A DNA stretch of 64,000 nt from Nemertoderma westbladi (GCA_032718475.1 JAUCBJ010001846.1:372001-436000); one strand, 5' to 3'; shown: positions 41,723 through 51,652, counted from the stretch's first letter. Made by a program: numbers and translations. Notes: generated by a model not told the origin, from the letters alone.

Positions 41723-42114
41723 GCCTTGCTACCTTAGGTACTTTTAGCTTTAACATCAATCAAACCAGCTTTGAAAGCTTAAAGCGAAGCGCAACATTTA
41801 GACACCCACAACAACAGGTCATCAACACACATCCTGTCAGTCAATTTGTAGGCGTTGGCGAACAAAACATAATGCTTGCAGGAACCCTCTATCCTGAACA
41901 TACAGGTCGTCTGCATGATGTCTCCACCCTTCGAGAAATGGCCAAAACAGGTAAACCTCAACCTTTGCACATCACCTATTTAACTTCCAGCGAGGTATTA
42001 GGGTTTTGGGTGATTACAGGTATTGATGAGGAGCAAACCTATTTTCACCAAAATGGCCAACCTCGTAAAATCACCTTTAGTATTGAACTTCAATATTACG
42101 GAGACCAAGCGTGA
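41719..42114 (+). CDS. P2 gpU-like tail protein
   Basis: LG.FSF, QFVGVG, LAG.LYP, G.WVI..I.E, PRKI.FSI.L. Confidence 0.9.
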   Translation: MSLATLGTFSFNINQTSFESLKRSATFRHPQQQVINTHPVSQFVGVGEQNIMLAGTLYPEHTGRLHDVSTLREMAKTGKPQPLHITYLTSSEVLGFWVITGIDEEQTYFHQNGQPRKITFSIELQYYGDQA

Positions 42115-42314
42115 ATACTTACACGACAAAACAAGGCGAGCGATTGGATCAAATTTGCCAAGCCTACTATGGTTCACAAAGTGGTGTATTAGAGCAGGTA
42201 CTACTTGCGAATCCAAATTTAAGTGATCTGCCGCTTGTTTTACCTGAAGCCACTGTGATTGCTCTTCCAACAATCAGTGCACAAAAACCAAATAAAACAA
42301 CAGAACTATTTTGA
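42111..42314 (+). CDS. P2 gpX-like tail protein
   Basis: T.QG..LD.IC..YYG...VL.ANP.L...LP. Confidence 0.9.
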   Translation: MNTYTTKQGERLDQICQAYYGSQSGVLEQVLLANPNLSDLPLVLPEATVIALPTISAQKPNKTTELF

Positions 42315-43276
42315 AACCAGATTTTAAGATTGAGTCAAATGATGTGGATATCACCTCAACTATTAAGCCTTACTTGACACGTTTAGAACTTAAAGATGAA
42401 TCAGGTTTTAAAAACGACAGCCTAACCCTCACGATAGCTAATCCTAAAAACCATTTTAAACTACCGAATCGGGGTAAAGACTTAACAGTGTCACTTGGCT
42501 ATGATGGTGATTTGGTGAAAAAAGGATCATTTGAGGTGAGCGATATTAAATTGACTAGCCCACCTGATACACTCACTATCCTTGCAGTAGGCGCTAAGAT
42601 CAACGCGTCACTGAAGATCAAACACACCCAAACCTTTACAAACATCGCCCTAGGTGATCTGGTGAGTCAGATTGCGTTAAAAAACAGCATGAAAGCAAGT
42701 GTTAGCACTGCTTTTCAAGGCGTTAAAATTGATCACATCAACCAAACCAACCAATCGGATCAACACTTTTTAGCTGAACTTGCAAAGCGTTTTGATGCTA
42801 GGTTTAAACCCCTATCCAACCACTTACTTTTTTACAAACAAGATGATTTTAAAAGCGTTTCAGTGGAAGCACTCATACCCATTATTATTAATCAAACCGA
42901 CTGCACCCGATTTGAGTTTAACCTCACAGACCGCCCTAAATACCAAAGCGTCAAGGCGTTGTGGTGGGATTTAGATGCAGCACAATCCAAACAGGTTATT
43001 GTTGGCAACGGCGAACCAGCCTATACCTTAAGCGCTGAGTACGCAACTGAGGTTGAAGCTAAACAACATGCACAGTCCAAATACAATCAATTACAACGCC
43101 AAACTGTCACGGGTACGGTGGATTTTTTTGGTAATGCGAATTTGGCTGGGGAGTTTGAGGTTAAGTTGCTTGGGTTTTCACAAGACTTACCTAAGCGCTT
43201 TAAGGTGGAAAGTTGTGTACATATAATGGATGGAAGTGGATACAAAACAAACGCAAAAATTGTGATGAAAAAATGA
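42311..43276 (+). CDS. P2 gpD-like baseplate hub/late control protein
   Basis: D..G..D.L.L, LGY, PPD.L.I, IDHINQTNQSD.HFL..LA.R.DA. Confidence 0.9.
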   Translation: MKPDFKIESNDVDITSTIKPYLTRLELKDESGFKNDSLTLTIANPKNHFKLPNRGKDLTVSLGYDGDLVKKGSFEVSDIKLTSPPDTLTILAVGAKINASLKIKHTQTFTNIALGDLVSQIALKNSMKASVSTAFQGVKIDHINQTNQSDQHFLAELAKRFDARFKPLSNHLLFYKQDDFKSVSVEALIPIIINQTDCTRFEFNLTDRPKYQSVKALWWDLDAAQSKQVIVGNGEPAYTLSAEYATEVEAKQHAQSKYNQLQRQTVTGTVDFFGNANLAGEFEVKLLGFSQDLPKRFKVESCVHIMDGSGYKTNAKIVMKK

Positions 43277-43695
43277 AACACACCTTCTACCTAATCATCA
43301 CCCTATTACTCATCACCCAACCAAGCCAAGCGGCCTACCCAGATATTCAGGTTGAAAAACTGATATCTGTGTATGACGGAGACACCTTTAAAATAGATAT
43401 TGCAAACTGCCCACTTATTATCTTTCAAAATATCGCGGTACGAATCAATGGCTTGGATACACCAGAAATTAGAACGAAATGCATTGGGGGGAAGAATTTA
43501 GCTAAACAAGCTAGAGGCGTGTTGAAAAACCTTTTGCAAAACGCCCAGCTCATTACCCTTAAAAACCCCAAGCGAGGTAAATATTTTAGAATCATCGCCG
43601 ATGTGTTTGCTGATCAAATTAGGGTATCTGATGTATTGATCAATCAGGGTTTAGGTAGACCATATGCGGGAGGTAAAAGAAGGTCATGGTGTTAA
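43273..43695 (+). CDS. Thermonuclease (SNase) family protein with signal-like N-terminus
   Basis: VYDGDT, VRINGLDTPE, GKYFRI.ADV, Y.GG.R..WC. Confidence 0.9.
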   Translation: MKHTFYLIITLLLITQPSQAAYPDIQVEKLISVYDGDTFKIDIANCPLIIFQNIAVRINGLDTPEIRTKCIGGKNLAKQARGVLKNLLQNAQLITLKNPKRGKYFRIIADVFADQIRVSDVLINQGLGRPYAGGKRRSWC

Positions 43696-43731
43696 TAGGT
43701 TAACTGGATATTTTCGCATATAAACCGCTAC

Positions 43732-44145
43732 TTAATTTTTAAGGGAACGACTTTCTCGAACCATTAAATCAATGGGCTCACCATGGGTATAGCTCAAATT
43801 AGCCAACAAAGACTTGAAAGATGCAATATCACTCTTATTCTCATACAGCCGAACACGAATAAAATAATACTTTTCTTGAAATGCATCAGATGCCGCTTTA
43901 AGCGCAGTGTGTGCAAATTCATCTTTACTTTGTGCCTGTGGTGCAACAATCACAATCTCAAGCTTAGTTTTATCTGCGTCAAACACACTTTGATCTATCA
44001 CTTTATAAGACTTTGCCTGGCTTAAATTTATCTCTGGAAAAGATGGTTGATTTATCACATCAACAACAAGAGCCAACACAAACAAAACACCCAAACCAAT
44101 TAAAATCAGCTTGTTAACTGACTCGCGTTTTTCAATATTTTTCAT
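43732..44145 (-). CDS. Membrane-anchored hypothetical protein co-oriented with the repressor
   Basis: N-terminal TM helix; abuts repressor stop codon. Confidence 0.6.
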   Translation of the reverse strand: MKNIEKRESVNKLILIGLGVLFVLALVVDVINQPSFPEINLSQAKSYKVIDQSVFDADKTKLEIVIVAPQAQSKDEFAHTALKAASDAFQEKYYFIRVRLYENKSDIASFKSLLANLSYTHGEPIDLMVRESRSLKN

Positions 44146-44898
44146 TTACAACTTCTTCACATTCAACACAACCCGACCAATAATCTTCACCTCATCAATC
44201 GTTTTTTCATCTAAAAAATACGAATCATATTCTTTGTTATCTGAAATTACCTTAACGCTTTTATTAATTTGAGATTGCAGCCGCTTCACATGCAAAGCAT
44301 CACCTACGCGCAATACATAAATGCCATCACTCACCACATTATTAATGGATCGATCAATTAAAATTGGGTCATTGGGTTGCAAGGTGGGCATCATGCTATC
44401 CCCTGTCACATAAAGCATGGATAAGTTTTTAGGGTTGATCCCAAGTTCCTGACGAATATAGGTCTCGCTAAGCTGTATTGAGCCATGGCGTTGTTCATTT
44501 TCAACAAGGGTTCCAGTCCCAGCAGAGGCGTGGACATCGTAGATGGGGATGGGGTAGGTTGATTCTTTCAAATACGAACCATGGTTCTTATTTGTTTCAG
44601 GTTTTAAGATTTCGCTATTATTTGATTTTTCTACTTTCTGAACTATTGAGCCAATTTTATTCATAAAACCGGCATTGATCTTGGGAAACTTGCCTAAAAA
44701 TTCATTTTCTATATCTTCTGGAAAAATCTTGGAATATTCTGTTAGAATTTTTACCTTAACAGCAATCAGACCTCTTTCCAGATCATAAATTTTTTGAGGC
44801 TTCCAGCCTAAATTATCCGCTAAATCTTTAGCACTATAACCATTTTTTATTCTGATATTCTTTAGCTTTTCAGCAGCTTTTTGATCCTCTATCTTCAT
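44146..44898 (-). CDS. Prophage CI-like repressor (HTH + S24 peptidase)
   Basis: HTH; ASAGTG cleavage site; GDSM.PTL; VKRL; IIGRV. Confidence 0.93.
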   Translation of the reverse strand: MKIEDQKAAEKLKNIRIKNGYSAKDLADNLGWKPQKIYDLERGLIAVKVKILTEYSKIFPEDIENEFLGKFPKINAGFMNKIGSIVQKVEKSNNSEILKPETNKNHGSYLKESTYPIPIYDVHASAGTGTLVENEQRHGSIQLSETYIRQELGINPKNLSMLYVTGDSMMPTLQPNDPILIDRSINNVVSDGIYVLRVGDALHVKRLQSQINKSVKVISDNKEYDSYFLDEKTIDEVKIIGRVVLNVKKL

Positions 44899-44952
44899 TT
44901 TTCCAAAAATTTTATAAATAAGTGTTGACTTATTTTCCAATAATTTTATAAT
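44899..44952. promoter_or_regulatory. Immunity region: 19-bp direct repeats overlapping the early promoter
   Basis: TTTTCCAAAAATTTTATAA (44899) / TTTTCCAATAATTTTATAA (44933); TTGACT 44925 and TATAAT 44947. Confidence 0.7.
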
Positions 44953-44988
44953 TTATTTATAAATTAAATTTACAAACTATTTCTAAAC

Positions 44989-45189
44989 ATGATACCAAAA
45001 CCCAGCTTAGAGCTCTACCAAAACGTACGAGGTGCATTCATTACTAAAGGGTTAACACTGCATGAGTTTTGCAAGAAAAACAAAATTAACACCCCAAGTG
45101 CGAGACAAGCACTAATTGGAAGTTGGAATGGCCCGAAAGGAAAAAATATACGCCAAAAAATCTGCCAAGCCGCATTCAAGGAGGACTAG
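44989..45189 (+). CDS. Ner-like DNA-binding protein
   Basis: L...VRGAF..KG.TL..FC.......ARQAL.G.WNGPKG; divergent from repressor. Confidence 0.75.
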   Translation: MIPKPSLELYQNVRGAFITKGLTLHEFCKKNKINTPSARQALIGSWNGPKGKNIRQKICQAAFKED

Positions 45190-45191
45190 CC

Positions 45192-45362
45192 ATGCAAATT
45201 AAATTTCAAAACTTACCCAAACCTTATCAAAACCTAAACCAATACCAACTCATCACCTTGGCATGCAATGGCGACTTTAAAGATCAAAAGCGTATTGGAA
45301 GTTGTATTTTCCCCAACCTTCAACCCCACAGACAACCCAACTACCTAAGGAGGCTGGCATGA
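45192..45362 (+). CDS. Small hypothetical early protein
   Basis: RBS GGAGG; stop overlaps next ATG. Confidence 0.45.
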   Translation: MQIKFQNLPKPYQNLNQYQLITLACNGDFKDQKRIGSCIFPNLQPHRQPNYLRRLA

Positions 45363-45538
45363 GCAACTTACATACATACTTTGTTTTACATCAACTGTTT
45401 AGCAACTGTTGTGAAAACTGCAAATACCAAAACAACTGCGCATTACTTCATCAAGAAGATGCAATAGAGCAAATGGAAGAAACGGAAAACGGACTATTTT
45501 GCCCACAGTGGAAGCAAATCAATGAGGTAAAAAAATGA
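45359..45538 (+). CDS. Small Cys-rich early protein
   Basis: AAGGAGG RBS; CCENC...C...C. Confidence 0.55.
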   Translation: MSNLHTYFVLHQLFSNCCENCKYQNNCALLHQEDAIEQMEETENGLFCPQWKQINEVKK

Positions 45539-46461
45539 AAGCACTCACCCACACCATCGGCTTTAACGCCTTTGATTTCATCCAAAACCTACCCGCTGAA
45601 ACAACAGTTGATCAGCATTTAGAGATTATTAAGCAAGGGGTGAAAGTGACCTTGCACAGTGCCATTATTGTCGGTTATTCGATTGAACAACTGAAGTCAA
45701 AAACCGACCATGGTCGGTTTTTAGAAGAACTTAAAAAATGCAATCTAAAAGAAGACTCAGCCCAACAATACAAATCCATCTACAAAAAATTCACCCAAAT
45801 CAAGGATACCCGCGCCCTTGAAAACCTAAGCCTACTACCCTTCGGTAAGCTGCGTGAGCTTGCAAGCTGCCCACCTGAGTCTATTGCTGAGTTTGGCGCA
45901 TCTCTGCCCAGAGTTAAAAAAGCCCTTGAGATGAAGCGCGTTGATTTCAGAAATGCGGTGATCCCCTTTATTAAACGTAAAGAGGTCAACCTTCTTGATG
46001 AGTTGGAGGAAACCATTGAATTAAAAGAGAAAAAAGAACAAGCCCTTCAAGAAAAAATAGAGCACTTACAAAACGATTTAAATAAATACACCGAAATTGA
46101 AGACACCCACGAGCTGGTCACAAAATACGTTGAAACCCACAACCATATCAGCACACAAATCATGGTGCTTTTAGAGCGGCTTGAAAAACTACAGCACTCT
46201 GTTTTTGTGGGCAAGCACAACAACACCTTTTTAGAACTGGGCCTCATTGAACAAGACCGAATAATTTTTGAAACACAGGCCAAAACAGGGGCACTTGAAA
46301 AAATGACGACTAATCTTTTTAAACAATCGGAGAAACTTAAAACCCAATCAGGCGAGCCTATCACCTTTGATGAGGATGATTTTAAACGGATGAAACACAA
46401 CTTTGACGTGCTTAAGGAAGTAATAAGCGCCATGACCAACCTTCAATTAAACAGTCATTAA
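45535..46461 (+). CDS. DUF3102-like early protein with coiled coil
   Basis: G..I..LK....HGRF.E.L motif; typical position before the transposase. Confidence 0.6.
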   Translation: MKALTHTIGFNAFDFIQNLPAETTVDQHLEIIKQGVKVTLHSAIIVGYSIEQLKSKTDHGRFLEELKKCNLKEDSAQQYKSIYKKFTQIKDTRALENLSLLPFGKLRELASCPPESIAEFGASLPRVKKALEMKRVDFRNAVIPFIKRKEVNLLDELEETIELKEKKEQALQEKIEHLQNDLNKYTEIEDTHELVTKYVETHNHISTQIMVLLERLEKLQHSVFVGKHNNTFLELGLIEQDRIIFETQAKTGALEKMTTNLFKQSEKLKTQSGEPITFDEDDFKRMKHNFDVLKEVISAMTNLQLNSH

Positions 46462-46497
46462 ATAGGGAGTAAGCCATGAATAATAAGCCTTTAATTA

Positions 46498-47004
46498 TCA
46501 ATCATCTTCAGGCGCAAACGGCCAGTCACCCGTTGAGCAATCAAATGGCCAGAAATGATGATTCTTGTCAAGTTTATCGTAAGCCGCATAACCACACATT
46601 ATCACCCGACGCTGCCAATGCTCATCTAAAGAAGACGGCCTCCTCGGCGGCAAGTCACGATCTTCAACGCTCACTTGAGTGCGCCAGAACTCTAAAAAAA
46701 CGCAGGCATGTTGAAGCATTAATATTAAATCGCGCCCAGCCTTTTTCGAAAGACGTCGCTTTCGCTCGCTACGTGTTAGCAAATCATATTGGAGAATCGA
46801 CTCCCGCTTGGCATGAAACCAGTCCATCCACTTTGAAACGGTTTTATTTGCAAGTACATCGTAAAGCCGCTCAACTTGCGCGTTGTCAAGTTCTTCGATC
46901 AGCTCATTTGTTCGATTTGAAGCTACAAGCCACCAGTTCCTCGGATCAACTTCAGGCAATTTGTGATCGTTTTTTGTGGCGTTATTGCCCTTGGTATTTG
47001 GCAT
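46498..47004 (-). CDS. Hypothetical antisense protein nested in a plus-strand ORF (46476-47072)
   Basis: 168-aa ORF with globular-looking composition. Confidence 0.45.
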   Translation of the reverse strand: MPNTKGNNATKNDHKLPEVDPRNWWLVASNRTNELIEELDNAQVERLYDVLANKTVSKWMDWFHAKRESILQYDLLTRSERKRRLSKKAGRDLILMLQHACVFLEFWRTQVSVEDRDLPPRRPSSLDEHWQRRVIMCGYAAYDKLDKNHHFWPFDCSTGDWPFAPEDD

Positions 47005-47064
47005 TTCAAAAAATCTCCCAATTTCTATTCAACAATCATAACAAAATGAGAGAGGACTCAAAAG

Positions 47065-48606
47065 ATGCGTAACCAAGTAGCATCCAACCAGCAGAACAAC
47101 ACTTATAGATTATCAAACAAACAGCTATCAAATTTGAATGATGATCTACTAAAACTCCCGCAAACCAAACGCCAAAAGACCTTAGATCGATTGGCGATGA
47201 TCAGGCCCTACCTTGATATAGATTGCCTAGATGTAGCACTTAAAAACTACCAAGGAGCTGTGAGCAAATCCACATTACGACGCTGGGTGTTGGCTTACAA
47301 AAACCAAGGTATTTTAGGGCTTGCGCCCCAAACAAAAGGTCGCGTTGCATCGACCTGTGATTGGGAGAGCGATGCGCTGGCGCTCTTTCACTCCTCCAAC
47401 ACCCCCAATATTAACGCCATCACACGAGCACTCAACCTATCGGGACACAACTGCAGCTACTATCAAGTTAGACGCTATCTTTCAAAACTACCTGCACACC
47501 TCGGTATTAAGGGCAAAGCACGCATGGGGGCTAAAACTTACGCGCTCACCCAAACGCCTTATAAAATTATGGATTACGCTGATACGGGTGTCGGTGATGT
47601 TTATCAAGGTGACGGGCACACCGTCGATGTGTACATCAAACATCCCAACACAGGCAAACCGTATCGCCCAGAGCTCACCGCTTTTATCGATGTCAAAAGC
47701 CGCTACATTGTCGGGTGGTATTTAAGTGAGGGGGAATCAAGCATCTCCAGTATATTTGCACTCTCTCATGCCTTGGTTTCTCAAAACCATATCCCGCTAA
47801 TGGTGCATGTGGATAACGGTGCAGGGTTTAAATCTAAGCTCATGAACCACGATCAAACAGGTTTTTATAAAAATATATTAGGCAACCACCCACGATTTTC
47901 CATCCCAGGGCGCCCCACAGGTAAAGGTATTATCGAGCGCTGGTTTGGAACACTTAAAACCCAGTTTCATCAATTGTTGCCCGGGTTTTGTGGAAAAGCG
48001 CGAGATGCCTTTGATAAAAGCCGCTGGTATCAACTAGCGCTTAAAGGGAAGTCAAAAGATATTCTGAGCTTGGAAAATTATCACCTAAACCTAAAAAACT
48101 ACATCGAGCAATACAACACCCAACCCCACAAAGGTCTGGAAGGCAAAACACCCGCCGATCTGTGGGCAACCGTAAAGCGCTTTGCGCTTGATATCCCAAG
48201 CGAAGCGCTGATCACTCAGCGCACCACAAGGATAGTTCAGCGTGGTCAAATTAATTTTAAAAAACGCATCTACCGCCACCCCAACCTCCTTGCTTATAAC
48301 AACAATGAGGTTGTGATCGCCTATAACCTTCACAGCTTTGAACAAGTGCAAATTTTAAACCCTGATGGCAGCCTGATTTGTGAACCGAGCCTTGCAAGCA
48401 GCACCCCGTACATGGCTGAAAGTGCCTTAGAGGAGAAAAAACAAAATCGCCTGAAAGGGCAAATTAAACGCCTTGATAACAAAAAACGTGAGCTTGAAGG
48501 ACGTGCGCGTGACCCGATTGACACTCAACTTGTCGAGCAACTAAACGCACCCAAAGAGATTGAAAAACAACCCATCACAATTGATATCACCACAACTAAC
48601 TATTAA
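47065..48606 (+). CDS. Mu-type DDE transposase A
   Basis: HTH SKSTLRRW; YQGDGH, VDNGAGF, KGIIERWF catalytic DDE; YN..PH..L. Confidence 0.95.
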   Translation: MRNQVASNQQNNTYRLSNKQLSNLNDDLLKLPQTKRQKTLDRLAMIRPYLDIDCLDVALKNYQGAVSKSTLRRWVLAYKNQGILGLAPQTKGRVASTCDWESDALALFHSSNTPNINAITRALNLSGHNCSYYQVRRYLSKLPAHLGIKGKARMGAKTYALTQTPYKIMDYADTGVGDVYQGDGHTVDVYIKHPNTGKPYRPELTAFIDVKSRYIVGWYLSEGESSISSIFALSHALVSQNHIPLMVHVDNGAGFKSKLMNHDQTGFYKNILGNHPRFSIPGRPTGKGIIERWFGTLKTQFHQLLPGFCGKARDAFDKSRWYQLALKGKSKDILSLENYHLNLKNYIEQYNTQPHKGLEGKTPADLWATVKRFALDIPSEALITQRTTRIVQRGQINFKKRIYRHPNLLAYNNNEVVIAYNLHSFEQVQILNPDGSLICEPSLASSTPYMAESALEEKKQNRLKGQIKRLDNKKRELEGRARDPIDTQLVEQLNAPKEIEKQPITIDITTTNY

Positions 48607-48616
48607 AGGAGGCCAC

Positions 48617-49582
48617 ATGAAAGAAAACATCTCACACCCAAAACACTTTCACACAAGCTACACCACGGATGATCAAAAAAATGTGCTCAAAGCCATTGAG
48701 TGGCTGAACCAAAAAAACCAATCACAAGCCTACCTTGCACGTCTTTCTCGTATTAAAGCGGGCACACTCTCTCGCATATTAGCAGGGGATTATCCCTCTA
48801 CCCCTGCTAAATATATCGATCAAATCACCCAAGCCATTGCCCATATCGCTGATCGAGAGAGCAAAGGTAAAATTCCTTTTGTTAAAACCACGGTGTATGA
48901 AATGGTCGAGGCCGTGTGTAAACGCTCACGCATGTACGGCAACTTTGGCGTGCTTTCAGGCTATGTGGGGGTGGGTAAAACGTACTGCCTAAAGCACTAC
49001 GCACACAATCACCCCAACACAATACTGATTGAATCTGACCCCGACTTTACCCCCTCAGCCCTTTTAAATGACCTCATCTTGGCAACGCAGGCAGTCAGCC
49101 ACAAAACACACCCCAATAATATTGAAAAATTCAGAGCGGTGGTTTTAGCCTTAAAAGGCTCTAATACCTTATTAATTGTTGATGAGGCTGAAACCATGCA
49201 ACCCCGTGTGCTGCATTACCTCAGGCGAATTCGTGATAAAGCAGAAATCGGCATTGTACTAAGCGGAACTGAATTTTTAAGCGGGCTAATCAAACCCCAC
49301 CATGGCCAGTTTGATCAGATTCGATCACGCACACCGTTTATCCCCAACACCATCACCACCATCTCCTGTGAGGATGCAAAGCTTCTCATAGAAGCAGGCC
49401 TCGGGGTTAATGACAACCAACTATTTAAAAAGCTTTGGCGCTACTGCCAAGGCTCAGCACGCGTACTCACCGAAGGACTCATCCCTGCGATCATCGATTA
49501 TGGCATCAAACAGGGAAAAACACTTAACACAACGCTAATTGATAGCATCGCCAGCCAAGTGTTAGGCCTTAAACAACAATAA
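48617..49582 (+). CDS. MuB-like transposition AAA+ ATPase
   Basis: N-terminal HTH; GYVGVGKT; IVDEAE; LRRIRD. Confidence 0.93.
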   Translation: MKENISHPKHFHTSYTTDDQKNVLKAIEWLNQKNQSQAYLARLSRIKAGTLSRILAGDYPSTPAKYIDQITQAIAHIADRESKGKIPFVKTTVYEMVEAVCKRSRMYGNFGVLSGYVGVGKTYCLKHYAHNHPNTILIESDPDFTPSALLNDLILATQAVSHKTHPNNIEKFRAVVLALKGSNTLLIVDEAETMQPRVLHYLRRIRDKAEIGIVLSGTEFLSGLIKPHHGQFDQIRSRTPFIPNTITTISCEDAKLLIEAGLGVNDNQLFKKLWRYCQGSARVLTEGLIPAIIDYGIKQGKTLNTTLIDSIASQVLGLKQQ

Positions 49583-49602
49583 AAATAAAGGAGAAAAGAA
49601 CA

Positions 49603-50112
49603 ATGATGGCAGCCAAAACACTTGAACAACTAGCACTGACCTACGCCCAAGCCTTCAACGCTTTGCGTGATGAGGTAGATGATCTAAATTGGGAAATTAA
49701 TGAGGCGAAGAAAAATCGCCTGAGCAAAATCAAAGCAAAAGTGCGAGCGGTTAAAGAACTAGAAGACAAAATAGCTTGTTTGATTGAAGCGCACCCAAAC
49801 GATTTTGAAAAACCCAAAACCAAAGTACTGCATGGTATTAAGTTAGGATTTAGAAAACAAAAAGGCACCATCACTTTAGGTGATAAAACGCTTGAACTCA
49901 TCAAAGAAAAGCTAACTGAAAAATCTGATCAACTCATCGTTAAACAAGAGAATGTCTCTAAAGAAGCTGTGAGCCACTTAAGTGCCGCTGAGATTAAAAA
50001 AATAGGGGTTACCATCACAACAGACAACGATCAGGTCATGATTCAAAGTACCGATACCAACGTGGATAAGTTAGTTAAAACACTTTTAAAAGAAAAAGAG
50101 GTGAAGCTTTAA
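49603..50112 (+). CDS. Host nuclease inhibitor Gam-like protein
   Basis: Coiled coil; F.KPKT..LHGIKLGFRKQKG; IG..I. Confidence 0.8.
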   Translation: MMAAKTLEQLALTYAQAFNALRDEVDDLNWEINEAKKNRLSKIKAKVRAVKELEDKIACLIEAHPNDFEKPKTKVLHGIKLGFRKQKGTITLGDKTLELIKEKLTEKSDQLIVKQENVSKEAVSHLSAAEIKKIGVTITTDNDQVMIQSTDTNVDKLVKTLLKEKEVKL

Positions 50113-50543
50113 TGTTTGCAAGCAAGCCCAAATACATGCAACTGATTGCCATCGCTAAAAACAAAGTGGGTGTTTGTGATGACGATCACCGCGCCATACT
50201 CAAACGATTTGGGGCGAAGGTTAAAGACGGGCGCATTAGTGCCACAACGCTTACTATTTGGCAGCTTGCAAAGGTTTTAGATCACTACAAAAAAACAGGC
50301 TTTCAGGTGGTGCAAAAACCCGCCCAACAAAGCACCCTACAGCACCCACAAGTTCAAAAAATCATTGCCCTTTGGAATGATCTTTTCAAACAAAAAAAGA
50401 TTAACAACCATTCAATTAAATCACTTAACGGCTGGATCAAACGCCAAACAGGCCTCAAAACAATTGATAAACTTACCCAAGATAAAAAAGCACTTCACCA
50501 AACAATTGAATCGCTGAAAAAATGGAAAACCCGATCAATCTAG
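50112..50543 (+). CDS. GemA (Mu gp16/DUF1018) regulatory protein
   Basis: I.IAK..G..DD..R..L, GF, KI.ALW..L, IESLKKW. Confidence 0.85.
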   Translation: MFASKPKYMQLIAIAKNKVGVCDDDHRAILKRFGAKVKDGRISATTLTIWQLAKVLDHYKKTGFQVVQKPAQQSTLQHPQVQKIIALWNDLFKQKKINNHSIKSLNGWIKRQTGLKTIDKLTQDKKALHQTIESLKKWKTRSI

Positions 50544-51010
50544 GCGGTTTAGAGCATATTGATATCAAGCGTCTGCCACCTCAAATTAAACAATTAATTC
50601 AATTAATTGGCATTACCCAAACCTATCATTTTTTAAAAGCCTTTGGGGGCAAGCGCTTAAACATCCCCAAAACCATCACCCGCTTTGACCACCCAATCGC
50701 CTTGGTGATTGGAATGGACGATTCCAATATTTTGTGCAACAGCTATTGGCATCAAATGCAAATAGAGGTACCCTCCTTTAACACGCTACTTCATAGCCTG
50801 CGCGTGAGCTTAATTTGTGCGGATCACCCAGCGCTTTCAATTAATGAGTTGGTGGAAAAATACCACCTCACCCATAAATATATTCGTAACATCCTAAACC
50901 AATGCCCCAAGTGCACACCAAACCCAGCCTCAACAATCACAAAAACGCCACAGCTTGATCTTTTTGAGGCTGAGGTGGTTTTGGGTGATGGGAGAAAGAA
51001 AGGGGTTTAA
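50522..51010 (+). CDS. Mor/C-like transcription activator
   Basis: LP.....LIG......FGG..L.IP; C-terminal HTH SINELV.KY.LT...IRNIL. Confidence 0.8.
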   Translation: MENPINLGGLEHIDIKRLPPQIKQLIQLIGITQTYHFLKAFGGKRLNIPKTITRFDHPIALVIGMDDSNILCNSYWHQMQIEVPSFNTLLHSLRVSLICADHPALSINELVEKYHLTHKYIRNILNQCPKCTPNPASTITKTPQLDLFEAEVVLGDGRKKGV

Positions 51011-51012
51011 AT

Positions 51013-51041
51013 TTGACAACAAATAAAAGTTTGGGTAGATT
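51013..51041 (+). promoter_or_regulatory. Sigma70 promoter
   Basis: TTGACA-17 bp-TAGATT. Confidence 0.75.
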
Positions 51042-51049
51042 AAAAGTAA

Positions 51050-51240
51050 GCGTGTCGAAACGCGATTACAAAGGCGGAGGTGTCTGCCCGACAGTTAGGC
51101 GTATCTTTCTACCTGTTTTTATTCATCTTCGTTAAGTCCGAATTGTTTTTCGGGCGGCTGCGGGAATATGGGAAAATACCGCGCACACTTTCCTTTGTAA
51201 GTGTTTCGAACGCCCGAATCCCTTTATGTCGAAATAAAGG
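51050..51240 (+). ncRNA. C4/CI-like antisense RNA leader upstream of a Bro-N antirepressor
   Basis: TCGAAAC (51055) and TTACAAAGG (51066) are complementary to CCTTTGTAA (51192) and GTTTCGA (51203); GC-rich relative to flanks. Confidence 0.55.
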
Positions 51241-51266
51241 GGAAACATAAAACAAAGGAGACTAGC

Positions 51267-51652
51267 ATGAATAATATTCAAATCTTTCATTTTAATAAGC
51301 TAACCGTTCGGATTATTAACGATAATCTTGATGAACCTTTATTTGTTGCTTTTGATGTGGCAACTGCTCTAGGGTATGCTAAACCTGAAAACGCAGTGAG
51401 ACGTCACTGCAACAAAGCGACACCCCACCCAAAACAGGGGGTGGTTTTTACATGCTGATACCTGAGCCTGACGTGTATCGTTTAATTATTCGATCCAATT
51501 TACAATCAGCTCAAGCTTTTTCAGACTGGGTATTTGAACAGGTACTTCCCCAAATCAGAAAAACAGGCGGATTTTGTAAATTAGAGAAATTATTCATTAG
51601 TTCTTTAAGGTTTTTCTCATTAAAAACGAGTGGAGTGGTTGAGTTAGTATAG
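51267..51652 (+). pseudogene. Bro-N antirepressor-like gene, frameshifted at G5 (51437-51441) and truncated
   Basis: F.F....VR...EP.FVA.DVA.ALGY / IPEPDVYRLI.RS...A..F.DWV.E.VLP.IRKTG in two frames. Confidence 0.85.
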
